Positions 56,430 through 64,000 of a stretch of 64,000 bases of DNA are shown here, in pieces. The stretch's first letter is position 1, and each line of letters opens with the position of its first letter. Source of the DNA: an uncultured Candidatus Saccharibacteria bacterium (GTDB lineage Bacteria; Patescibacteriota; WWE3; UBA101185; UBA10185). The notes under the pieces are model-generated. The model was not told where the DNA came from, searched no databases, and saw only the letters and a program-made list of their open reading frames with translations. Both the position numbers and the translations under genes were made by a program. The stretch covers positions 63,286 through 127,285 of the forward strand of contig CAYLVW010000002.1 of the NCBI GenBank assembly GCA_964387275.1. The letters run 5' to 3'.

Positions 56430-57079
56430 TTCTCCCTAGCCTCTCGTATAAAGTATGTAAATATTATTGAGCACATAAAAATTGGTGAAAGAAAGTGCAG
56501 AAAATTAGTTAGCGCCAGATTACCAGTCAAAACCTGAAACAGCATACTCACAATATTACCCAATACAATCAAAAACGTCACACCAAGTGTAATGTACGTC
56601 AAGACCTTTCTGGATTTGAGAGATTTCAAGGCGGGATTTGCAAGAGTCTGTCTCTTAATTTTAATAAATAAGAAAACAAAAATAGGAAAAGTTATTATAA
56701 CAACGGACATCAAAGCCATCCCAAAGTACTGACCAAAACTATAGCTATAAAACTCATACCATGGAGCCTCTTTTGAAGGTAATAACCTCTCAAGCAATTG
56801 GTAAGTCAACATATCCAAAGCAGTTGCGTATATTGCCATTGTTAAAAACATTAAAAAATGCTGAAACGTGTCCCACAAAGTATAGTTATAAGCTAATGGC
56901 TGGGTTGCAGTGATATCTGAGTTAAATGTAGCATAATCAGGAGTAGGAACTATATCACCAGACAAAGCTGCTTCTATATCCAGCTCATTCCAGCCCGCCT
57001 TTTTAAGGCTTTCGGAAATGGAGCTATTTAATACACCTTTTTGTTTTTGAAGTAGCACGTAGTCAAAGAGCCTATTCAT
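56426..57079 (-). CDS. Hypothetical 4-TM membrane protein
   Basis: ORF with a cytoplasmic N-domain and four helices. Confidence 0.4.
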   Translation of the reverse strand: MNRLFDYVLLQKQKGVLNSSISESLKKAGWNELDIEAALSGDIVPTPDYATFNSDITATQPLAYNYTLWDTFQHFLMFLTMAIYATALDMLTYQLLERLLPSKEAPWYEFYSYSFGQYFGMALMSVVIITFPIFVFLFIKIKRQTLANPALKSLKSRKVLTYITLGVTFLIVLGNIVSMLFQVLTGNLALTNFLHFLSPIFMCSIIFTYFIREAREK

Positions 57080-57168
57080 TAAAATTAATACTACAGACCA
57101 CGAAGATTTGTTTCAAGTTTCCTAAGGTATTTTCCTACAACAACACCGTTTAATGCTATAATTCAGCC

Positions 57169-57738
57169 ATGGATTTTATTTTTAAGACTTTCATAAAAGA
57201 CCCAAAAGACACTTGTTATGATGGTGAAGATAGGGATGAAAGAATTTTATATGTGATTAGGAAAAGCTGGATCATAATTTTTAGATGGATGATTATTTTT
57301 GTATTAATGTTAGTAGCCCCCCAATTTATTTTTCCAATAATCTTTGATTCCTTTGGTGGAGCAAGTAATTTCTTCTCGCCTCAATTTTTATTTATAACAA
57401 ACGTGTTCTGGTACTTAGTAAGCTTAGGTTTTTTCCTACAAAATTTTATGAATTGGTATTTCAGCGTTAATGTCATCACCAACAAAAAAATTATTGATGT
57501 AGATTTCAAAGGATTACTATACAAAAATATTTCTGAGGCACCATTAGACAATATAGAAGATGTAACATCAAACATTAGCGGGACCTTAAAAGTAATTTTC
57601 AACTATGGCAACATATTAATTCAAACCGCCGCTGAAAAAACAGAGTTTGAGTTTGAAGACATAGATAACCCCTCTAAAGTCAGGGATATAATTTCAGACC
57701 TGATAGCGGAACTTGATAAAAACAGAAAGGATAAATAG
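57169..57738 (+). CDS. Bacterial PH-domain (bPH_2/YdbT-like) membrane protein
   Basis: Two TM helices, then GTLKVIFNYGNILIQTAAEKTEFEFEDIDNPSKVRDII. Confidence 0.5.
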   Translation: MDFIFKTFIKDPKDTCYDGEDRDERILYVIRKSWIIIFRWMIIFVLMLVAPQFIFPIIFDSFGGASNFFSPQFLFITNVFWYLVSLGFFLQNFMNWYFSVNVITNKKIIDVDFKGLLYKNISEAPLDNIEDVTSNISGTLKVIFNYGNILIQTAAEKTEFEFEDIDNPSKVRDIISDLIAELDKNRKDK

Positions 57739-57741
57739 CTT

Positions 57742-57969
57742 ATGGATTCTTTACCAACAACAATAAATATTGGGGCTACATTTGAACTACTAATTTTTGG
57801 TATGCAGTTGCTTTATGTTTTTTTTGCTTTCTTACTAACAAGACAGGCTGCACTTATGCACAGAAGTTTTACCACAAAAGCTTCCCCGCTTTTTATGGCA
57901 ATAGCTAATGTACACTTCTTTGCATCTTTCGGCGTTGCATTTCTTTCTTTTCTAATAATTTTCAAATAA
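57742..57969 (+). CDS. Small 2-TM protein
   Basis: ORF that sits immediately next to its neighbours. Confidence 0.35.
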   Translation: MDSLPTTINIGATFELLIFGMQLLYVFFAFLLTRQAALMHRSFTTKASPLFMAIANVHFFASFGVAFLSFLIIFK

Positions 57970-59631
57970 ATGAAAAAGTCGCTGCTAACAAAAATTCAAA
58001 AAATAACCCCTAACTACTCACAAAGAACCGGTTCTTTTTCGAACACAATAATCATAAACGCTGAAACCGAAGAACTATTGGAAAGAAAAGGTAATGTTTA
58101 TTGTGTTTTTTCAATTAGCAGCTCACAAGAAATTGATGCAAGCGTAACTACAAAAATAATACAAGATTATATTCACGATACTTATTACCAGTCTGACTCT
58201 GTATCCCCAACTCAAACTATAGAAAAGTGTATTAATGAAATTAAAGATAAAGTGATCAAAATAACCAACGATACGTCTACTGAACTTAATATGGTGTGTG
58301 GTGTGCTTTGGGGTAATGTCTTCTATTATGTTTTGTATGGATCTGGGTGTGGTTATTTAGTAAGAGATGGTGTCGATAAAACGATAAACCCAAACTCAGA
58401 AGGAAGGTTCTCATCTGCCTCAGGGATAATTAAGGATCAGGATGTTATCGTACTAGCCACCGAAAAATTTGCTGAAGAATACACACCAAGTAAACTCCTA
58501 AGCACCTCGATATCAATTCAAAACCTTACCCCACTATCCGCATGCCTAATAATCAAGGCTGTTGTTGATAACTCATTCTCTGAACAGGAAAAACTAAACA
58601 TTAAATCCCCGTCATCTCAAAAACAAACACAAAAAATTCAAAAACAAAAAAAACCACTTTCTCTGCTAGGTTTTCTTGCTAAAAGTAAAGCACTGATACT
58701 AATTCTGCCAATAGTAGCTACATTAAGTGCGATTGGAATTGGCATATATTTTTTCTTAAAACAACCATCTACTAACAAAGTGGCTCAAAACATCAACACC
58801 CCAAATAAAAGCACTGAGGTAATGGGGGTTGCTACAACACCTACCCCAACGCCAGTTCCAACGCCAACAGAAAAAACTACAAAAAATGATTTCCAAGTCT
58901 ATTATGACCTCACCTTAGTAACCTCAGCGGTTACTCCAAGTGAAATTGCTATATTAGGAGACAATATATTTATAGCAGATAAAACAGCTGGCAAAATCTA
59001 CACCAGCACCTTAGAAACCCCAAAATTCACAGAAATACCCACAATATTTCCGAGTATACGTAATTTAAGAACACGCAAAGACTCTCTAACCTTTCTGGAT
59101 AACACTGGGTATAAAATAGTAAACCCAACTGATGGTAGTGTTACTTTGTCTTATAATGCCGATTTTGAGGTCTCTTCAAACTACCTAGACTTTATTTATG
59201 CTAATACCGGTTCTAGCTTATATAGATACTCAATCTCAGGAGACACACTAACTCAGACTCTATGGGGAGATAGCAACTTGTTCAATAATATGAGAAGTAT
59301 GTCTATTGCAATAAACATTTATACAATTGACCAAAATGGTGAAGTACACAGATTCAGTAAAGGTGCACTCGAAGATTTTGAATTAAATGGCTTAGCCAAA
59401 AAACTTGTAAACCCAACCAAAATACTTACTCACATAGATTATGATCATTTATATATCCTAGACACGTCAGGCAATAAAATTTCGATTTTTGATAAAGATG
59501 GGGTATTTATAGCCCACGTGATGCATTCAAATCAAAACGCCTGGACAAATCTCAAAGACATAGCCATAGACCCAGACGAAACTAAAATGGCTGTTCTAGA
59601 CGGCACAAAGGTCTACCTATTAAATTTGTGA
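57970..59631 (+). CDS. Hypothetical bitopic protein: cytoplasmic N-domain, TM, Thr/Pro linker, and a large extracytoplasmic (beta-rich) domain
   Basis: TM is ILILPIVATLSAIGIGIYFFL, with a TTPTPTPVPTPTE linker. Confidence 0.4.
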   Translation: MKKSLLTKIQKITPNYSQRTGSFSNTIIINAETEELLERKGNVYCVFSISSSQEIDASVTTKIIQDYIHDTYYQSDSVSPTQTIEKCINEIKDKVIKITNDTSTELNMVCGVLWGNVFYYVLYGSGCGYLVRDGVDKTINPNSEGRFSSASGIIKDQDVIVLATEKFAEEYTPSKLLSTSISIQNLTPLSACLIIKAVVDNSFSEQEKLNIKSPSSQKQTQKIQKQKKPLSLLGFLAKSKALILILPIVATLSAIGIGIYFFLKQPSTNKVAQNINTPNKSTEVMGVATTPTPTPVPTPTEKTTKNDFQVYYDLTLVTSAVTPSEIAILGDNIFIADKTAGKIYTSTLETPKFTEIPTIFPSIRNLRTRKDSLTFLDNTGYKIVNPTDGSVTLSYNADFEVSSNYLDFIYANTGSSLYRYSISGDTLTQTLWGDSNLFNNMRSMSIAINIYTIDQNGEVHRFSKGALEDFELNGLAKKLVNPTKILTHIDYDHLYILDTSGNKISIFDKDGVFIAHVMHSNQNAWTNLKDIAIDPDETKMAVLDGTKVYLLNL

Positions 59632-59663
59632 GTCTCAATAAAACTCCCTTCTCCCCTAACCTT

Positions 59664-59692
59664 TTTACAACCTATAGTATTTGTAGTATAAT
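59664..59692 (+). promoter_or_regulatory. Consensus-like promoter TTTACA-17-TATAAT driving the GC-rich islet gene
   Basis: ctTTTACAacctatagtatttgtagTATAATagtgg. Confidence 0.5.
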
Positions 59693-59732
59693 AGTGGAAG
59701 GTCAAATTAACCTCAAAAGAAAGGTCACTCTG

Positions 59733-60101
59733 ATGAAGTTTTTCCTCCTAATCGTACTGTCCACATTTATTATGTGGGTTGGGGCCAGTGTTGCCATGGG
59801 CAACACCTCCCCACAAAGCGTCGTGGAGGCTCCCGAGCAGACGCTCGGAGAAGCCGTAAACATGAGTGTGATTGGGTGTGGAGACACCCAAATATATAAC
59901 AACCTCCCCATGAGGGAAGTTGTCGTCAGGAATACCAATGGGGCTGTCAATGCCTACGCCTATCAGCAAAAGGCTGATGGCAGCCGTCGGGAGTATTTTC
60001 TGGATAAGTTTACCGATATCGGGAAATACCAGGTTTCCTGGGATGCTCCAGGTGTCGGAACGTTAACGTTCGGTTTAATGATCGAGGAGATCTGCCGATA
60101 A
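59733..60101 (+). CDS. Small secreted protein (signal peptide, two Cys) encoded in a roughly 50%-GC islet
   Basis: MKFFLLIVLSTFIMWVGASVAMG signal peptide, with codon usage atypical for the window (GCC, CTC, CGG). The start is trimmed to ATG at 59733, with AAAGAAAGG upstream. Confidence 0.5.
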   Translation: MKFFLLIVLSTFIMWVGASVAMGNTSPQSVVEAPEQTLGEAVNMSVIGCGDTQIYNNLPMREVVVRNTNGAVNAYAYQQKADGSRREYFLDKFTDIGKYQVSWDAPGVGTLTFGLMIEEICR

Positions 60102-60339
60102 CCAACACCCCTGTTTTTAGATCTGTGCTTTGCACAAATTCTACTGACAGGGGCTTTCTATAACTATGGGGTATTTCATACTTTCTGGATGTGATAAAAT
60201 TACGTATCTAAAGTGTTGGTACGAATAAGTTAAATATTGACTTTAAGCCCTGTCATCAAGTAAAATGACACTCGCTTCTCTCGTTTTGCATTTGAAGAGA
60301 AAAATAAAGGTGAAAGTCACTTTTGGTTTTTAAAAACTA

Positions 60340-60693
60340 ATGTTAGAAAAAAAGTTTATTAAAGAAAATTTAGAAAAAACTTTTTGCTACAAATGCGGGA
60401 CTAGCTTAGCAAGCGCAAAAGTAAGCCCAATTACAGAAGCATCAATTGTAGTTATAGCTCATGCGGTTTGCACAAAGTGCCAAGCAGAAAGTATGATTAC
60501 AATAACTTCTAATGGTAGTGGTTCTGTGCCTCATATCTCTGATATGGGAAGTGAAGAAATTAAGAAGTTTATTCGTCTTAAGCCAGTAACTTACGACGAG
60601 ATAATTGACCTGCACCTAGCTTTAAAGAAAGAAAATATATGGAAATTAATGCACAAAAAAGATCCCATCTCGGGAAAAAAATTAAAGAAATAA
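60340..60693 (+). CDS. Doubtful small ORF with two CxxC pairs (zinc-ribbon-like)
   Basis: Contains CYKCG...CTKCQ. It overlaps the rplY start by 55 nt and may be spurious. Confidence 0.2.
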   Translation: MLEKKFIKENLEKTFCYKCGTSLASAKVSPITEASIVVIAHAVCTKCQAESMITITSNGSGSVPHISDMGSEEIKKFIRLKPVTYDEIIDLHLALKKENIWKLMHKKDPISGKKLKK

Positions 60694-61340
60694 AAACTCA
60701 TTTAGAGACACCAGCAGTTTTGTTTGGTAAGGGTCTTGAATCACAACCTTTGATGATAAACACTTTTCAATTCACTAAGGTTTTAAAAGAAGCCGGGGAA
60801 ACTACACTTGTTGATTTAATTATCCAAGACGGCAAAACAGAAAAAGTACTCGTTAAGGATGTTCAGCTAGATCCAATTACTTTAAAACCAGCTCACGTTA
60901 GTTTTTATAAAGTAAACTTAAAAGAAAAAATCAACGCTAACATACCTGTAGAAATTATTGGAGACGAAATAAACCCATTAATAAAATCTGGGGAGGGTGT
61001 TGTATTAATCTTGATGAATGAAATTGAAGTAGAAGCATTACCTTCAGATCTACCAAGAAAATTTGAAATAAACGTAGCAGAAATCGCAAACTTGGGAGAT
61101 GGTGTTACTTTTGGACAACTACAATATGATAGAAGTAAGGTAGAGGTATTAGGGCACGAAGAAGACGATCTGGTGGTAAAGATTGACCATGCAGGTATGG
61201 CCGAAGAAGAGGTTGTTGCAGAACCTGTATCTGAAGCGGATGCAATTGCAAAAGTAGCAGCAACTAAAGAACTAACTGAAGAAGAAAAAGCAAAAAGAGC
61301 TGCTGAAAAAACAGACGATAAGGGCAAAGATAAGAAATAA
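60639..61340 (+). CDS. rplY: 50S ribosomal protein L25/general stress protein Ctc
   Basis: MEINAQKRSHLGKK...PAVLFGKG, with the C-terminal Ctc extension carrying an acidic/Lys tail. Confidence 0.8.
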   Translation: MEINAQKRSHLGKKIKEIKTHLETPAVLFGKGLESQPLMINTFQFTKVLKEAGETTLVDLIIQDGKTEKVLVKDVQLDPITLKPAHVSFYKVNLKEKINANIPVEIIGDEINPLIKSGEGVVLILMNEIEVEALPSDLPRKFEINVAEIANLGDGVTFGQLQYDRSKVEVLGHEEDDLVVKIDHAGMAEEEVVAEPVSEADAIAKVAATKELTEEEKAKRAAEKTDDKGKDKK

Positions 61341-61365
61341 GTTAGTGTTCTTCCGACTTTTTTAA

Positions 61366-61408
61366 GCTCCGAAGTTCGGGGCTTTTTTTGTAAACAAAAA
61401 AAGCCCCT
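61366..61408. terminator. Tandem hairpins between convergent rplY and the M23/SLT gene: GCTCCGAA-G-TTCGGGGC plus T7 (plus-strand intrinsic terminator), overlapping GGGGCTTTTTTT-gtaaac-AAAAAAAGCCCC
   Basis: The stem and T-tract lie 26 nt after the rplY stop. Confidence 0.6.
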
Positions 61409-61444
61409 TGTAGATGAAAACTCACCTAAAAGGGGCATAACAAA

Positions 61445-62758
61445 CTATCTCTCATCGAGATACTTATCCAAGAAGATCTGAAAATCCCTATGATTTCGAT
61501 AATCCGACTGGGTAATACCCTTATACAAGGCTACCGCACAAAACCAACGTTCCTCTCCTTCATAAGTAGCTCCACAAACTCCATACTTCTGAAGGAAAAT
61601 CTCATCTGCATCCTGCATATGAGAATCCACATCATACAAAACCAGGTTAGGGTTTAGATGAGAATGGACGGCAAGATAAATTTGCCCCACACCAATAGCA
61701 CCCAACTCATTAATCTTAATGAATTCTGTACCTTCCCAACAGTGACTAAAATTACTCTCAGATTCCCAAAGAGCAAGTTGAATTCTTGTGGGAATACCAA
61801 GGCTTAAAGCCAAGGATCTTGCTTTTTCCCGCAACTCTTCTTTAGAAAAGGTACAAGAGGTACCACCATAAATCTGAGGCTTCTCCGTTCTAACCCCAGT
61901 TAGATTTACAGTCTCTGGGTCAATAAATTTACCGTCCTTCCAAAGCGCTTGGTGACAATGAGGGCCGGTAGAATTTCCCGTACTACCTTGTCTACCAATA
62001 ATCTGCCCTGAGTTTACGAAAGTTCCAACATCAGGCATATCTTGACCTGTTAGGTGACCACAAAGCCACATATATTCCGAGGGGTTTGACCCATCGGGGT
62101 TGGCCAAAATGCTCTTAAGAATTACTGTAAAACCAGATACCCACAGATCTACCGCCATCCTATCAGTTTTTTCATCAATGTAACCGGATCCTACAACAAC
62201 TGCAGGAAACGGTGCAACAATAGGAACATCGTAAAGACTTCTACCCACATCACTCAAACCACAAGATGTATCCAAACCAGGATGTGGTTGCGATATAGAA
62301 AATCTGTAACCAGTAATAACGGTGTTAACCCCCTTTTCACATGGAGGCATAATGACCCCACCATTGATTACAGGAACAACCACCTCAGGATCCACAGTTG
62401 AAAAACCGCCAGTACTACTAATACCAAAACCCCCATTATCAGATGCATACGCTACAATAAACTTTTTGATAGCATCCACTGAGTAAATTGAAGCATTAGG
62501 TGCAGCGCTTGAATCAAAACCAAAGTTAGGAAGCGCTGGTACTTCAACCGATACCTGAGTAGAAACAACTGTAGGTAACTGGGTCGCAGCAGTAGGACTT
62601 ACAGTTAACAAACTTGTGTAATCTTTAGTAGGTGAAATCTGTGATTCACTGGGTTTTGGTACGATAGATGGGTTGGTATAAGCTAGCACTCCCATTAAAA
62701 CCCCAAAAGCCAAACCAAGTACAACAATAATCTCTATAACATGAGATTGTTTGTTCAT
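61445..62758 (-). CDS. Bifunctional cell-wall hydrolase: M23/LytM metallopeptidase plus C-terminal lytic transglycosylase (SLT)-like domain, signal-anchored
   Basis: M23 motifs are PHPGLD and GSTGNSTGPHCH. SLT-like segments are LALWESESNF and GAIGVGQI. The start is trimmed to MNKQSHV (ATG at 62758), with AGGAG 8 nt upstream. Confidence 0.6.
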   Translation of the reverse strand: MNKQSHVIEIIVVLGLAFGVLMGVLAYTNPSIVPKPSESQISPTKDYTSLLTVSPTAATQLPTVVSTQVSVEVPALPNFGFDSSAAPNASIYSVDAIKKFIVAYASDNGGFGISSTGGFSTVDPEVVVPVINGGVIMPPCEKGVNTVITGYRFSISQPHPGLDTSCGLSDVGRSLYDVPIVAPFPAVVVGSGYIDEKTDRMAVDLWVSGFTVILKSILANPDGSNPSEYMWLCGHLTGQDMPDVGTFVNSGQIIGRQGSTGNSTGPHCHQALWKDGKFIDPETVNLTGVRTEKPQIYGGTSCTFSKEELREKARSLALSLGIPTRIQLALWESESNFSHCWEGTEFIKINELGAIGVGQIYLAVHSHLNPNLVLYDVDSHMQDADEIFLQKYGVCGATYEGEERWFCAVALYKGITQSDYRNHRDFQIFLDKYLDER

Positions 62759-62867
62759 TTCTCTCTTCTCCTGATTTTGATCTCTCGTCTCCACACACCT
62801 TAAGATGTATGAAAAAGAAAGGGTGAGAAGGTTGGTTTGTAACCAAATCCTTCTCACCACAGGTGAG

Positions 62868-64000
62868 CTAATCTTGCGCACCCAATAACTTAAGCAAATT
62901 GCTTAAAGAAACTTGATCACCAATGGTAAAAGGGTCCCCAAACCCAGAGTAAACAGTATAGAAAACAAACCATGTACCAATAGTACCCTCAGGGTCTGTA
63001 CAAAACGTATTTCCATACGACCTAGACGTTACTTGTTCGACGTAAGAATTACCATATCTGGAAAGATCCAAGTTAATTCTTAGTACTGTAGGACAGCTTG
63101 ATAACATGTATTGATACGCCGCTACCCCAGGCATAGAATCCGAAGTGTACTTCACATAATCCACAACCTTATAGGTTCTATCCAGGTTTTCATCCACACC
63201 CATACCAAGTATAGAACTTGCACTCCATACAAAAGAGGCAAGGCTAAAACCAGGCATGTTAACTTCACGAGGAACAGAAGCCGTAAAAGTTACTTTTGGC
63301 GAAGCTTGCGAAAGCTTACTTCCGGCGACATTCGGAACTTCCACAATTGTAGACATTTCCACAACTGAATAAGTATCCTGAGCTAACCCAGGTTCTAGAG
63401 GATTTTCCCTCTCATACAATATATCTTCTACCCTAGCAGCATTCGTTTGAATTTGGTCCTTTGCCTCATCCAAACCAATGGATCTCAATGCATACAACGT
63501 CCAGATAGAATTACTAATAATAATTTGGTTTTCAGGACTTACATCCCATCTGGAATGATCCAAAAACAAATTTACAGTACCCTCATAGACATCAAGACCT
63601 TCTTGATCAGTCTTAGATGCTCTCCAAAGTAAGTCAGAATAATAAACCAACTTATCTGGACTATCCTCTCCATAACCACCCAACCAAGCTTTAGCAATAC
63701 CGGCTTGGTATTGAGTTAAGGTATTTGAATACTGCTCAGGCGTAAGCCCAGTTGTATCCAAAAACCCAACAACTCGAACCTCCTTAACCTCTACTGTAAC
63801 AATCTCGGCATCAGGAACCGAAGAGATATCCAAATCAAAATCCGGCAAAGCAGAGCTTTCCGAAATGATGTCTGTACCTCTATACGGAGTATCTGTGTTA
63901 GCAATAGCCACAACAGTCGGAATAAGAGATTCGGGCTTCTTTCCAGTCATGCCCAAAATCTGAAAAGTTCCAAAAGCAATAACAACTACAAGAAAAATCA
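62868..64000 (-). CDS. Hypothetical secreted or envelope protein (5' end beyond the window)
   Basis: The ORF continues past 63956 into a hydrophobic stretch (FLVVVIAFGTFQIL) and is cut by the window edge. It overlaps the M23/SLT gene region by 14 nt. Confidence 0.4.
   Translation of the reverse strand, partial: IFLVVVIAFGTFQILGMTGKKPESLIPTVVAIANTDTPYRGTDIISESSALPDFDLDISSVPDAEIVTVEVKEVRVVGFLDTTGLTPEQYSNTLTQYQAGIAKAWLGGYGEDSPDKLVYYSDLLWRASKTDQEGLDVYEGTVNLFLDHSRWDVSPENQIIISNSIWTLYALRSIGLDEAKDQIQTNAARVEDILYERENPLEPGLAQDTYSVVEMSTIVEVPNVAGSKLSQASPKVTFTASVPREVNMPGFSLASFVWSASSILGMGVDENLDRTYKVVDYVKYTSDSMPGVAAYQYMLSSCPTVLRINLDLSRYGNSYVEQVTSRSYGNTFCTDPEGTIGTWFVFYTVYSGFGDPFTIGDQVSLSNLLKLLGAQD

Noticed and set aside
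1-64000. CRISPR arrays, rRNA genes, and transposase/integrase or phage genes
   Set aside because: Scanned for regularly spaced direct repeats and for integrase/transposase-like translations; none were seen. The only RNAs supported are tRNA-Cys and tmRNA.

Overview
The window is a low-GC (about 35%) bacterial chromosomal segment. Its small, compact genes and gene content resemble Candidate Phyla Radiation/Patescibacteria (Saccharibacteria-like), but this is an impression from the sequence alone.

Housekeeping blocks I can support: tRNA-Cys(GCA); a 5TM sensor kinase with an OmpR-type regulator; two UvrD-family helicases, one fused to a four-cysteine PD-(D/E)xK nuclease; tandem FemAB-family aminoacyltransferases; cyclophilin, ksgA and spoU; thioredoxin; a gap-pgk-fdx-(mini-AOR)-tpiA glycolytic operon; an LCP enzyme and a sortase with a convergent VPETG substrate; rpsT-pilN-pilO; murJ and lepA; hrcA-grpE-dnaK; smpB-ssrA (tmRNA); SpoIID; rplY; and an M23+SLT cell-wall hydrolase.

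The most interesting content is a loosely organised type-IV-secretion/pilus-like locus on both sides of ssrA. It has an operon led by a membrane-anchored VirD4/TraG-type coupling-protein ATPase (37.1-45.5 kb). Across ssrA it continues with a VirB6/TrbL-like polytopic protein, a roughly 1100-aa protein ending in a C39-like papain-fold peptidase domain, and four tandem VirB2/TrbC-like pilin paralogs (46.5-53.2 kb). I see no VirB4 or VirB11 in the window.

Other notable features are a ferredoxin plus truncated aldehyde:ferredoxin oxidoreductase N-domain protein inside the glycolytic operon, a DxDDT-motif terpene-cyclase-like protein next to a DPPRS-like UbiA prenyltransferase, a roughly 50%-GC islet encoding a small secreted protein with its own consensus promoter, a G10/C10 homopolymer hairpin, and a recurring GC-rich stem-loop family used as intergenic punctuation. 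No CRISPR array, rRNA, or transposase/integrase was recognisable.
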